A stretch of 64,000 nt of DNA from Dehalococcoidia bacterium (GTDB taxonomy: Bacteria > Chloroflexota > Dehalococcoidia > Lucifugimonadales > JADFKI01), in the NCBI GenBank assembly GCA_965225795.1, contig CBDDBQ010000001.1:9-64008 (forward strand), given 5' to 3'. The notes below the pieces were generated by a model. The model made no database searches. It was not told where the DNA came from and saw only the letters and a list, made by a program, of their open reading frames with translations. Within the stretch, counting starts at the first letter, position 1, and each line of letters opens with the position of its first letter. Shown here piece by piece: positions 9,440 to 22,144 of the stretch. A program made the position numbers and the translations under genes.

Positions 9440-12262
9440 TCAAGTCGGAACAAACTCGCGCTGCGCCTTCGCCCTATCAAAGTGCTGGTCCTGCCATGCC
9501 GACCAGTGATTCGCCGGGCGAACCTCAACCGCGGTCACCTTGTACTCAGGGCAATTGGTAGCCCAGTCACTCAAATCCGTGGTGACCACATTGGTGCCCG
9601 TGGAAGGATGATGAAAGGTGGTATAGACCACGCCGGGAACCACGCGATCCGTGACTTTCGCCTTGAGGACAATCTCACCCATGCGAGACGTGATTGAAAC
9701 CCAGTCGCCGCTTCGCACGCCGCGCACTTCGGCATCGCTGGGGTGCATCTCAAGCTGATCTTCGTCGAGCCATTCAATGTTCTTGGTGCGGCGAGTCTGT
9801 GTGCCCACGTTGTATTGCGTGAGGATGCGTCCGGTTGTGAGCAGCAGGGGAAACTTACGGTTGGCTCGTTCTTCGGTGGGCTGATAACCGGTGTGCATGA
9901 AGCGGCCCTTCCCACGCACAAACTGTTCTTGGTGCATAACGGGCGTCCCCTCAGGTGCGCCATCGTTGCAGGGCCATTGCACACTCCCCAAGCGATCAAG
10001 TTTCTCGAAGGAGACGCCGGCGAAACTTGGCGTGAGGCTGGCGACTTCCTGCATGATTTCTTCCGAGGAGTTGTAATGCAGGGGGTACCCAAGGGCGCTG
10101 GTCAGCTCCTGAACCACCTGCCATTCGGCCATGCCTGTCCTTGGGGCCATCACCGGGCGCACACGATTGATGCGGCGTTCGGCATTGGTAAAGGTGCCGT
10201 CCTTTTCAAGAAACGAAGTGCCGGGCAGGAAAATGTGCGCGAACTTCGCTGTTTCGTTGAGGAACAGGTCTTGCACCACAACACAGTCCATGTTGCCGAG
10301 CGCGGCCTCCACGCCTTGCGTGTTGGGGTCGGATTGCGCAAGGTCTTCGCCCTGAATGAAGACGCCCTTGAACTTGCCTCCACGCGCCGCATCGAGCATG
10401 TTGGGAATGCGCATGCCCGGTTCGTGCAAAAGCTTCACATGCCATGCCTGCTCGAATTTCTCTCGCGCCGAGGCATCAACGATTTGCTGATAACCGGCGA
10501 GCTCGTGAGGGAAGGAACCCATGTCGCAGGAGCCTTGCACATTGTTTTGTCCGCGAAGAGGGCATACGCCTACGCCAGGGCGACCAATATTGCCGGTCGC
10601 CATCGCGAGGTTGGCCATCGCCATCACCATGGTTGAGCCTTGGCTGTGTTCGGTGACGCCGAGTCCGTAATAAATGGCAGCGCGATCAGCCGAGGCGTAA
10701 AGCCTGGCGGCGGCGCGAATATCGGTCGCGCTGACGCCGGTGACCTGGGCGACAGCTTCAGGAGAACTCTCCCCGTCCTTTGCGAAGTCGCACCACTCGG
10801 CGAAGGAATCGAGGTCGCATCGCTCGTGCACAAAGGCTTCGTCCAGCAGCCCTTCGCTGACGATCACATGTGCGAAGGCGTTCATCATGGGCACGTTTGT
10901 TCCGGGCAGGAGCGGCAAGTGAAGTTCAGCCTCGATGTGCGGGGAGCGCACCAGGTCGATCTGCCGCGGATCGAGCACGACGAGCTTGGCGCCTTGACGT
11001 AGTCGGCGCTTGAGTTGTGAAGCAAACACCGGGTGGCCATCGGTAGGGTTCGCGCCGATCACCATGATGAGGTCGGCGCTCATGACGGAGTCGAAGTCCT
11101 GGGTGCCCGCGGAAGTGCCGAAGGTTTGCTTGAGGCCATAGCCGGTCGGCGAGTGACAGACACGCGCGCAGGTATCGACGTTGTTGCTGCCAAAAGCGGT
11201 TCGCACCATCTTCTGCACCGTCCAGATCTCTTCGTTGGTGCAGCGTGCGGAGGTCACGGCACCTATGGAGTGCAGCCCATGCTTGTCTTGAATTGATTTC
11301 AGGCGCGCCGCTGTCTCTGCGATGGCCTCATCCCAGGAAACCTCGCGCCAAGGATCGGTGATCCGCTCACGAACAAGTGGCTTGATCACCCTCTCCGGAT
11401 GGCTGGCGTAGCCCCAGGCGAAGCGACCCTTCACGCATGAATGTCCGTGGTTCGCTTTGCCGAGCTTATCGGGAACCATGCGCACGACCTGATCCCCCTT
11501 GAGTTCGGCGCGAAACGAGCAGCCGACACCGCAGTAGGCGCAAGTCGTGCGCACGCTGCGATCCGGCACGCCCTCGGCGACCACCGATTTTTCCATCAGG
11601 GTAGCGGTGGGACAGGCCTGCACGCATGCCCCACAAGAAACGCATTCGGATGCGAAGAAATCCTCCGCGCCGGTTTTCACGACGGCGTCAAAGCCGCGCC
11701 CTTCGATAGTGAGCGCGTGTGTTCCCTGGACTTCGTTGCATGCCCGCACACAACGTGAACAGACGATGCACTTGGAGGGATCGAAATTGAAGTAGGGATT
11801 GGACAGGTCCGGCGTCGCACTCAGGTGGTTCTCGCCCTCGGCGTAGCGAACCTCCCGCAAGCCCACGACACCAGCCATGTCTTGGAGTTCGCAGTCCCCA
11901 TTTGCTGAACAGGTAAGACAGTCGAGCGGATGATCGGAGATATACAATTCCATAACGCCGCGCCGAAGCTTGGCCAGCCGCTCAGTTTGCGTGCGCACCA
12001 GCATGCCCTCCCGAACTGGTTCGGTGCAGGATGCGTGTACACCGCGCCGGCCCTCGATCTCAACGAGGCACAGGCGACAAGATCCAAAGGCGTCCAGGTT
12101 GTCTGTCGCGCAGAGTTTAGGCACGGGGATGCCCGCCTCAATGGCAGCGCGCATGATGGAGGTGCCCGAGCGAACCTCCACCACAGCGCTATCGATAGTG
12201 ACTTGGACCCGTCCCTCGTGAATCGAGGAGGGTGTGCCGTAGTCAAGATCGTCGAGTCTCAT
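9440..12262 (-). CDS. fdsA: NAD-dependent formate dehydrogenase alpha subunit (molybdopterin, Fe-S)
   Basis: 940 aa. N-terminal 2Fe-2S (CRLCLVEIEG), 4Fe-4S ferredoxin motifs (CIVCSRCVRAC, CVSCGACVQACP), a molybdopterin oxidoreductase 4Fe-4S domain (CAYCGVGCSF) and an MGD-binding body. Confidence 0.92.
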   Translation of the reverse strand: MRLDDLDYGTPSSIHEGRVQVTIDSAVVEVRSGTSIMRAAIEAGIPVPKLCATDNLDAFGSCRLCLVEIEGRRGVHASCTEPVREGMLVRTQTERLAKLRRGVMELYISDHPLDCLTCSANGDCELQDMAGVVGLREVRYAEGENHLSATPDLSNPYFNFDPSKCIVCSRCVRACNEVQGTHALTIEGRGFDAVVKTGAEDFFASECVSCGACVQACPTATLMEKSVVAEGVPDRSVRTTCAYCGVGCSFRAELKGDQVVRMVPDKLGKANHGHSCVKGRFAWGYASHPERVIKPLVRERITDPWREVSWDEAIAETAARLKSIQDKHGLHSIGAVTSARCTNEEIWTVQKMVRTAFGSNNVDTCARVCHSPTGYGLKQTFGTSAGTQDFDSVMSADLIMVIGANPTDGHPVFASQLKRRLRQGAKLVVLDPRQIDLVRSPHIEAELHLPLLPGTNVPMMNAFAHVIVSEGLLDEAFVHERCDLDSFAEWCDFAKDGESSPEAVAQVTGVSATDIRAAARLYASADRAAIYYGLGVTEHSQGSTMVMAMANLAMATGNIGRPGVGVCPLRGQNNVQGSCDMGSFPHELAGYQQIVDASAREKFEQAWHVKLLHEPGMRIPNMLDAARGGKFKGVFIQGEDLAQSDPNTQGVEAALGNMDCVVVQDLFLNETAKFAHIFLPGTSFLEKDGTFTNAERRINRVRPVMAPRTGMAEWQVVQELTSALGYPLHYNSSEEIMQEVASLTPSFAGVSFEKLDRLGSVQWPCNDGAPEGTPVMHQEQFVRGKGRFMHTGYQPTEERANRKFPLLLTTGRILTQYNVGTQTRRTKNIEWLDEDQLEMHPSDAEVRGVRSGDWVSITSRMGEIVLKAKVTDRVVPGVVYTTFHHPSTGTNVVTTDLSDWATNCPEYKVTAVEVRPANHWSAWQDQHFDRAKAQREFVPT

Positions 12263-13668
12263 TTCAGTCCCAAGGCGCTACGAACCGGGATAGGTGTCAT
12301 CCCACCCATTTGGCAAAGGCTTGCATGCTCCATGACATCGCAGAGGTCTGCAATGACTTCCAAGTGCTCTTGAGTGTACTCCCCTGTCATCATGGATTCT
12401 ACGGCCTCTTTGCCGCGCACAGCACCTATTCGGCATGGGGTGCACTTGCCGCAGGATTCGTGCGCGCAGAATGCGAAGGCGTAGTGTGCTTGTTCAATGA
12501 GATCGACGGAATCGTCGAACACCACGAGTCCGCCATGTCCAATGCCGGCACCGAGCTTCGCCATGTCCTCGTAGGTGAGCGGTGTATCGAGCTGATGCTC
12601 AAACAGATAGGCGCCTAGTGGACCTCCCACTTGCACGGCGCCCAAGGGGCGTCCACTGCGCGTCCCGCCGCCCCAATCCTCGATGAGTTCGCGCATGCTC
12701 AGACCGAAAGGCAACTCGATAAGCCCGCCACGAGCGATGTTTCCGGCGAGCTGGAAACACATGGTGCCGGTTGATTTGCCCACTCCCAGTTGCGCGTAGG
12801 CGGCGCCTCCCAAGTCAAGGATCGCGGGCACCGAACATAGGGTGATGACGTTGTGTACGAGCGTCGGACAGCCAAACAGCCCGGCGACCGCAGGCACTGG
12901 CGGCTTCGCGCGCACCTCTCCGCGCTTGCCCTCGAGACTTTCGAGCAGCGAGGTCTCTTCGCCACAAATGTACGCGCCGGCACCGACGAAGAGTTCTATA
13001 TCGAAATCATGCAGGAGCCCGAGTTCTCTCGCCTTGACGAGGGCCCGCTCGAATACTTCGGCCGCCACAGGGTATTCCGAACGCAAGTAGACAACCCCCT
13101 TGGTCGCGCCCGTTGCGTGGCCAGAGAGCAACATGCCTTCGATGAGGCGAAACGGGTCTCCTTCCATGATGAGACGATCGGCGAAGGTGCCGGAGTCGCC
13201 TTCATCGGCGTTCACGACTATGTATTTTTGCGCGCTCGGCGTGTCGAAAACCGTTTGCCATTTGATGTGTGCTGGGAAGCCAGCGCCTCCGCGTCCGCGC
13301 AGACCGCTCTTTCTCACCTCCTCGATGATCTCTCTGGGCTCGCGCCGCAATTGCTGAAGAATCCACTCGGGGTCATAGTCGAGTGGATAGCGGCGACCAC
13401 AACGGTCGAAGACGAGGCGCCGTTGAGAAGCGAGCGCGGGCAATTCGTCGAGCGGGCCGAGCCGAACAGACTCCAAGTCGTCAAGATCCGCAACCGGGCC
13501 ATAGGCAATGCCGTCGAGAACCAGCATCGGCTCAAGCCAAGAGAGCCCGAAGGAACCGGTGCGTACAACGTCAACTCCCCGAGCTTGAAGCGCCTGCGCC
13601 AGTTCATTGGCGCCAAGCGCGTTGGCCAGCGTCTCGTAGGGGACTAGCGACACTAGGGCAGGACTCAT
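12259..13668 (-). CDS. fdsB: Formate dehydrogenase beta subunit (NuoF-like, FMN/NAD-binding, 4Fe-4S)
   Basis: GLRGRGGAGFP, ADEGDSGTF and ESCGKCTPCR are NuoF-type motifs. The start ATG at 13668 forms an ATGA overlap with the fdsG stop. The N-terminal 69 aa of the tracked ORF overlap fdsG and are discounted. Confidence 0.88.
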   Translation of the reverse strand: MSPALVSLVPYETLANALGANELAQALQARGVDVVRTGSFGLSWLEPMLVLDGIAYGPVADLDDLESVRLGPLDELPALASQRRLVFDRCGRRYPLDYDPEWILQQLRREPREIIEEVRKSGLRGRGGAGFPAHIKWQTVFDTPSAQKYIVVNADEGDSGTFADRLIMEGDPFRLIEGMLLSGHATGATKGVVYLRSEYPVAAEVFERALVKARELGLLHDFDIELFVGAGAYICGEETSLLESLEGKRGEVRAKPPVPAVAGLFGCPTLVHNVITLCSVPAILDLGGAAYAQLGVGKSTGTMCFQLAGNIARGGLIELPFGLSMRELIEDWGGGTRSGRPLGAVQVGGPLGAYLFEHQLDTPLTYEDMAKLGAGIGHGGLVVFDDSVDLIEQAHYAFAFCAHESCGKCTPCRIGAVRGKEAVESMMTGEYTQEHLEVIADLCDVMEHASLCQMGGMTPIPVRSALGLK

Positions 13669-14102
13669 GCGAGTAGAGCCTCCTTGCTCGCGTGCACAAG
13701 GATGCGGTCGTTCAACGTGGCACTCGGCCCCGACGCGCAGAGACCGAGGCAGTACACAGCTTCGAGGCTGACACTGCCGTCGCCGTGCGTCTCTCCCAAC
13801 TCTATTCCGAGTGCTTCGCTCACCTCGCTGGTGAGCTTGCGTGCGCCGACCGACTGGCAGGCTTCGGCTTGGCAAATGCGAATGTGTTTGCGTCCGCGAG
13901 GCGTCGTGCGCAAGTCGGAGTAGAAGGAGACGATGCCGCGCACATCGGCCAGGCTCAAATTGAACACATCGGCAACGACTCGGATGTCGGCGTTTTCTAT
14001 GTATCTGTGCTCTTGCACAATCTTGCGCAGGGCGGTTATAGGCGCGCCCACCATGCCGACACAGGATGCAGCAATCTGCCGAATCGAGTCAATGTCACGC
14101 AT
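13665..14102 (-). CDS. fdsG: Formate dehydrogenase gamma subunit (NuoE-like 2Fe-2S)
   Basis: HIRICQAEACQ and AVYCLGLCASGP are NuoE-type cysteine motifs. The ATG at 14102 is preceded by GAGG with a 7-nt spacer. Confidence 0.85.
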   Translation of the reverse strand: MRDIDSIRQIAASCVGMVGAPITALRKIVQEHRYIENADIRVVADVFNLSLADVRGIVSFYSDLRTTPRGRKHIRICQAEACQSVGARKLTSEVSEALGIELGETHGDGSVSLEAVYCLGLCASGPSATLNDRILVHASKEALLA

Positions 14103-14240
14103 CGTCGAGCCTCGCGTCAAAGCGACAGCGAATAATATCAAATGCGATGAGGGTCGGTCATGCGAAGCATGTCCCGGCCCTACACGGCCATCGCTTGGTC
14201 TTGCGTAGCGCTGATCCCAAGCTATCAGTTGGATGTAGCG

Positions 14241-16463
<2,223 letters not shown>

Positions 16464-16519
16464 TTAGTGACTTGCATTGGGGGGAAAAGTATATTCGAAC
16501 AAACACAAAAGGAAGTCCA

Positions 16520-16556
16520 ATAGATTATTATTAATGTTTCAATAAGTAGAAATTAT
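16520..16556. promoter_or_regulatory. Putative OxyR operator in the katG-oxyR divergent intergenic region
   Basis: ATAG-n7-TTAA-n7-ATAA-n7-TTAT with exact 7-nt spacers, resembling the ATAG-n7-CTAT-n7-ATAG-n7-CTAT OxyR consensus. It overlaps the oxyR start codon and lies about 70 nt upstream of the katG start. Confidence 0.5.
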
Positions 16557-17472
16557 GTATAGGCCCACGCTTCGACAATTGGAATTTGCCGTCGCGCTCG
16601 CTCGCCATTGTCACTTCGGGAGAGCGGCGGAGGCGGTGCACGTGAGCCAGCCGGGCTTGAGTGGCCAAATCAAGGAACTCGAGGATCGCCTGGGTGTGGT
16701 GCTGTTTGAACGGGACAGGCGCAAGGTGAGGTTGACGGCGGCTGGTGAAGAAGTGGTCAAACGAGCGCAGGATCTTCTGCTTCAGGTTGACGAGCTCAGC
16801 CTTGCCGCATCGCTTTATGCGCGTAGGGTGCAGGGACGAGTGCGATTGGTGGCCATTCCCACCATGGGACCCTACCTTCTGCCAAGCTTGACGCAGGCCA
16901 TGAAGGCGAAATGGCCCTTCGTCGATCTCATACTCCACGAAGAGCAAACGGCATCCCTTCTCGAAGATGTGCGACAAGGCAACATGGACCTTGGCCTCAT
17001 GGCACTGCCTTTTGACACTGGTGACTTGCACGTCGAAGAAATTGGAGAGGAACCATTCCTACTGGCGACAGCCGAAGGACACACACTCGCGGGAACGGAG
17101 CCGGTGCCCATTTCGATCCTCGAGAATTCGCCGCTGCTCTTGCTCGAAGAAGGCCATTGCTTGCGAGATCATGCGCTCGCGGCCTGTCAGCGAATAGGCA
17201 ATGTTGCGCGACGCGAAATCCACACTGCGAGCCTCTCTACCCTTGCCCAGATGGTTGCCGCGGGCGCGGGAGTGACGCTCCTTCCCGCTTCTGCTGTGCC
17301 GATCGAGGCACGTGCGGGAAGCGGACTTGTGACACGCGCCTTGGAGCCGAGCACAATTGGCCGTACCGTGGCGCTCGTTTGGCGAAGGAGCGATCCCCGG
17401 CACGGACACTTTGCCAGCCTGGCGGAAACGTTGCGGGAGCAGGGAATGGTTGCCTCGGCATCAGGCGTGTAG
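16555..17472 (+). CDS. oxyR: LysR-family hydrogen peroxide-responsive regulator OxyR
   Basis: N-terminal wHTH (LRQLEFAVALARHCHFGRAAEAVHVSQPGLSGQIKELE). The redox cysteine pair has OxyR spacing (EEGHCLRDHALAAC, C to C +9). Divergent from katG. Confidence 0.88.
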   Translation: MYRPTLRQLEFAVALARHCHFGRAAEAVHVSQPGLSGQIKELEDRLGVVLFERDRRKVRLTAAGEEVVKRAQDLLLQVDELSLAASLYARRVQGRVRLVAIPTMGPYLLPSLTQAMKAKWPFVDLILHEEQTASLLEDVRQGNMDLGLMALPFDTGDLHVEEIGEEPFLLATAEGHTLAGTEPVPISILENSPLLLLEEGHCLRDHALAACQRIGNVARREIHTASLSTLAQMVAAGAGVTLLPASAVPIEARAGSGLVTRALEPSTIGRTVALVWRRSDPRHGHFASLAETLREQGMVASASGV

Positions 17473-17484
17473 GGGCGGCGCATT

Positions 17485-17685
17485 GTAGGGGCTCCGCGTG
17501 GAGTCTGCGCGGCAGATCGACTTTACCTTATGCCGTTGGAGAATATCGTCACAAAAACGCCTATTTCTGACGGATTTATTCATTTTTGGTACGTTTTTCG
17601 AAGGTTTTATTCAGTTTTAAGGCTATTTGTGGAGAAACTCTTCACTAATATTTTCTAGCGCGCAGACTCCATGCGGAGCCCGCCC
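17485..17685 (+). repeat. REP-derived long palindromic (MITE-like) element, copy 2, with AT-rich core
   Basis: Arms GGGCTCCGCGTGGAGTCTGCGCG (left) and CGCGCAGACTCCATGCGGAGCCC (17659..17681) show 1 mismatch in 23. They share TGGAGTCTGCGCG with the 955..1141 element. The core, about 140 bp (17516..17657), is conspicuously AT-rich. Confidence 0.7.
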
Positions 17686-17712
17686 CCGTTCATCCCGACA
17701 CAGGCGTTCGCG

Positions 17713-17735
17713 GATCGCGCGTGCGCGACCCCTAC
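17713..17735 (-). repeat. REP element (GTAGGGG head + short palindrome)
   Basis: The reverse complement reads GTAGGGGTCGCGCACGCGCGATC. Confidence 0.6.
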
Positions 17736-17827
17736 AGGAATTGGTCCAGACTAATCATCCTTGGTCTTGCTTCGGTTGCAGGCATGGCCTCGGGGAAGGG
17801 AAGACGACGCTGCGCGTCGCCGGATAC

Positions 17828-17852
17828 GGGCGAGGCATGGCCTCGCCCCTAC
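17828..17852 (-). repeat. REP element, canonical copy
   Basis: GGGCGAGGCATGGCCTCGCCCCTAC. Identical 25-mers occur at 36698, 50694 and 59366, and in the opposite orientation at 59628. Confidence 0.8.
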
Positions 17853-18837
17853 GTGTACAAATGGCAGGCGACCACACGTGCAGCCTCGTCGTGTCCCTGC
17901 CCGTTGGCTTCTAGAGGACGAAGCGCCGGGCGTTCACGACGACATCTCGCCATTACCTCGGGACACCTGCTGGCAAAAGGACAGGCATTCCCGAGCCCGG
18001 TCGGCGATGGGATCTCACCCTGAATCTTGACATCGGTTCGCTGGCGCTCGGACTCGGGGTCGGGTTCCGGATTGGAACTAATAAGCAGTTTCGTATAAGG
18101 GTGCTTGGAATCAAAGAAGACATCATCGGCATTGCCGACTTCGACGAGGGTTCCCAGATACATGACCCCCATTCGGTCGGACACATAGCGCACCATCGAG
18201 AGGTCATGCGCGATAAACAGCAGGGTCAGACCGAGCGATTCCTTGAGGTCGCCGAGCAGATTGACCACCTGGGCCTGCACCGAGACATCGAGGGCCGAAA
18301 TGGGCTCGTCGCAGACCACGAATTCTGGTTCAAGGATGAGCGCTCTCGCGATGCCGATTCGCTGTCGTTGGCCGCCCGAAAACTCGTGTGGGTAGCGAGC
18401 CATGTGATCCGGGTGCAGGCCGACGCGTTGTAGCCAGTCCGCGGTTTTTTCGCGCAGCTCGGCGCGCCCCATCTTCGAGTGAAGTCGTGGCCCTTCGCTG
18501 ATGATCTCGCCCACGGTCATGCGCGGATTGAGCGACGAGTAGGGATCCTGAAAGATCATTTGCGAGGCGGTGGCGAAGCGCGCGAAGTCGGAGGGTTCAT
18601 AGCTTTTCGGCATGGGTTCTCCGCGAAACAACACTTCGCCCCCTGTCTTGTCGAGAAGCCCAACCAGGGTCTTTCCGAGCGTCGACTTGCCGGATCCGCT
18701 CTCTCCGACCAATCCAAGGATCTCGCGCGGCGCTATATCGAGCGAAACCTTGTCCACCGCGCGCAGGGTCACGCCTCCGGGAAGCTTGAAGTGGCGACTT
18801 ACCTCCTTTGCAGAAATGAGCGGGTCAGGCACTTGCA

Positions 18838-18841
<4 letters not shown>
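17849..18841 (-). CDS. Oligopeptide/dipeptide-type ABC transporter ATP-binding protein (OppF/DppF-like)
   Basis: Walker A GESGSGKST, signature FSGGQRQR, Walker B VVCDEPISALD, and a C-terminal Opp/Dpp extension with cysteines. Confidence 0.9.
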
Positions 18842-19838
<997 letters not shown>

Positions 19839-19842
<4 letters not shown>

Positions 19843-21206
19843 TCCGTCGACCTCATCCGGGCATCGAGCGCATCGCGCAATCCATCGCCCAAGAGGTTGA
19901 ACGCGAGTACTGTGATGCTAATAAAGATCGCTGGGAACACAAGTTCATGTGGGCTGTTGAGCATGGTCTTGATGCCTTCGTTGGACATGCTGCCCCAGGA
20001 AGGTGTCGGCGGTGCGACTCCCATGCCGATGAAGGAGAGGAAGGCTTCGGTGAATATCGCCGAGGGTATGGCGAAGGTGAGAGTGACGAGAATCACTCCC
20101 AGGGTATTCGGAATCATGTGGCGTGCAATCAGGTAGCGCGTCGGGCTGCCCATAAGTCTTGCCGCGTTCACATAGCCCTCTTCGCGAATTTGCATGATCT
20201 GTCCGCGCACGAGGCGTGCCGTCCCGGGCCAGGCAAGGATGACCAGGGCCAACAACATGGGAAAGATGCCGCTTTCCCCTGGACCAATACCGAACAGCAC
20301 CTTGAAAAGAATCATGAACAGAAGGAAAGGAAGAGCAACCACAAAGTCTGCGAAGCGCATCAACACTTGATCCCAAGTGCCCCCGAGAAATCCAGCAAGG
20401 CTGCCGTAAACCACTCCGAGCAGCACGTAAACCAGGGGTGCCACTATGCCGATAAACAAAGACACCCTCGCGCCATGCATCAATCTGGACAACATGTCTC
20501 GTCCGAGATAGTCGGTGCCGAAGGGATGAAGCTTGAGGCGCACCTGGTCGCCTTCCCGCACTTGCGCGTCAGGATCAATGAGCTGCTTGTCCACCGCCTC
20601 CTCTTTCGTTATGACGCGTAGCACCGAAACCTGCATGGAGTCTTTCGATTCAACGAGAAGTCGATTCTGCGCATTCACCGGCACTATGCTGTAGAAGTAG
20701 TCAGTGGGTTCGAGGGCCAATCGGTCCTCAAAGTTCATGCCGTCCTGTGGGAGCACTTCGCCGAGAGGCAGCCCCAGTGCCGTCTGCGTGGGCGGGGCGA
20801 TGTCTCGAAACACTTCGTAGGCCACCGCATCGGGAATCTCGTCCCAAACAAGTCTCACGGCCTGTGTTGTTGCTGGACCGTCGAGCCTCAGGCCGCTGCC
20901 GGGAACCGATTCGGGCACTTGCCACGGCGCGTAGGCCGCGGCAATGACCGCCGACCTGTCGGCGCCCGGAGGCATGCTCACTTGATCGAGGTCTTGGTCA
21001 GAGGGGTTCACCCTCCACAGGAGTGGCCCGACGAGGGTAAAGAGCAAGAGTCCAATCACCAGGAAAAGGGACATGACCGCCCGGGGATTGAGTTTGAGGC
21101 GACGCCAGGCGTCCTGCCAATAGGAGAGCGATGGACGGACCATGCGCGCCTGCGCCTCGCCGCGTTCGGCAGGGCGAAAATCCAAGTTCATCCGCGACTC
21201 GCTCAT
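19839..21206 (-). CDS. ABC transporter permease (OppC/DppC-like) with a large periplasmic insertion of about 165 aa
   Basis: The conserved GTDYLGRDMLSR motif appears only at aa 230, and the C-terminal half is a standard BPD-transport permease. The inserted region contains an FN3-like pattern. Confidence 0.85.
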
Positions 21207-22135
21207 CGCACCCGCACCCGCGGATCGATCAACCCATAGACGATGTCCACGGCGATCACCATGAATACTAGGAAGCCGCCATAAAAGACGGTGGTGCCCA
21301 TGATCACGGTGTAGTCAAGCTGCTGTACCGACTGCACGAAATAGCGGCCGAGCCCGGGAATGGCAAACACGAGCTCCACCACGAATCCTCCCGTGGTGAT
21401 GGTGGCGATGGCAGGCCCGAGCACAGTGATTACCGGAAGTATGGCATTGCGAAGTTGGTGGCGAATGAATATCTGCGTTGCGGAGAGCCCCTTGGCCTTG
21501 GCGGTGCGCACATAGTCGGCATTGGTCACTTCCAACATGGAAGAGCGCATGAGGCGTGTGAGAAAGGCCATGGTGCCAAGTCCGAGCACAAGAGATGGGA
21601 CCAAAAGGTGCCTGACGCTACCCCAGCCCGCGACCGGCAGAAACGACCACCCGAGCCAGTCATTGATCGTAACCAGGCCGAGCTGTCCCAATGCGGCGAA
21701 CACGAAGCTCGGAACGGACACTCCAAGCACCACCAGGAACATGATGACTATGTCGGGCATTCGGTTTCGAAACAGCGCCGTCAACGCACCCCAAAGAATG
21801 CCTCCGAAGGCGGCAAACACGACAGCGAGCACACCGAGGGTCGCAGACACCGGAAAGTGCTCGGCAATAATGTCATTCACGCGACGGTTCTGTTGCGTGA
21901 ATGAAATGCCAAGCTCACCTCGCACCAGGTTCCTTAAGTAGATGTAGTACTGTTCATGGAGCGGTTTGTCGAGGCCGTAGAAGGCCTCAAGATTCTCGCG
22001 TATTTCTTCGCTGGTGGCGCGCGAATCTGCAAGCGGGTCGCCCGGAACGGAGTGCATGACGAAGAAGGTGGCACTTGCAATGAACCAAACGGTGATAAGG
22101 CCTTGGATGAGTCGTTTGATGGTGTACCAGAGCAT
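21203..22135 (-). CDS. ABC transporter permease (OppB/DppB-like)
   Basis: MLWYTIKRLIQGLITVWFIASATFFVMH N-terminus and the EAA-type loop region YVRTAKAKGLS are typical of OppB/DppB. Confidence 0.9.
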   Translation of the reverse strand: MLWYTIKRLIQGLITVWFIASATFFVMHSVPGDPLADSRATSEEIRENLEAFYGLDKPLHEQYYIYLRNLVRGELGISFTQQNRRVNDIIAEHFPVSATLGVLAVVFAAFGGILWGALTALFRNRMPDIVIMFLVVLGVSVPSFVFAALGQLGLVTINDWLGWSFLPVAGWGSVRHLLVPSLVLGLGTMAFLTRLMRSSMLEVTNADYVRTAKAKGLSATQIFIRHQLRNAILPVITVLGPAIATITTGGFVVELVFAIPGLGRYFVQSVQQLDYTVIMGTTVFYGGFLVFMVIAVDIVYGLIDPRVRVR

Positions 22136-22144
22136 GATGCGACG

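Noticed and set aside
9440-12262. Selenocysteine (in-frame TGA) in the formate dehydrogenase catalytic subunit
   Set aside because: The 940-aa ORF is uninterrupted, and the FdsA-type NAD-dependent enzymes use cysteine. No SECIS-like requirement arises.
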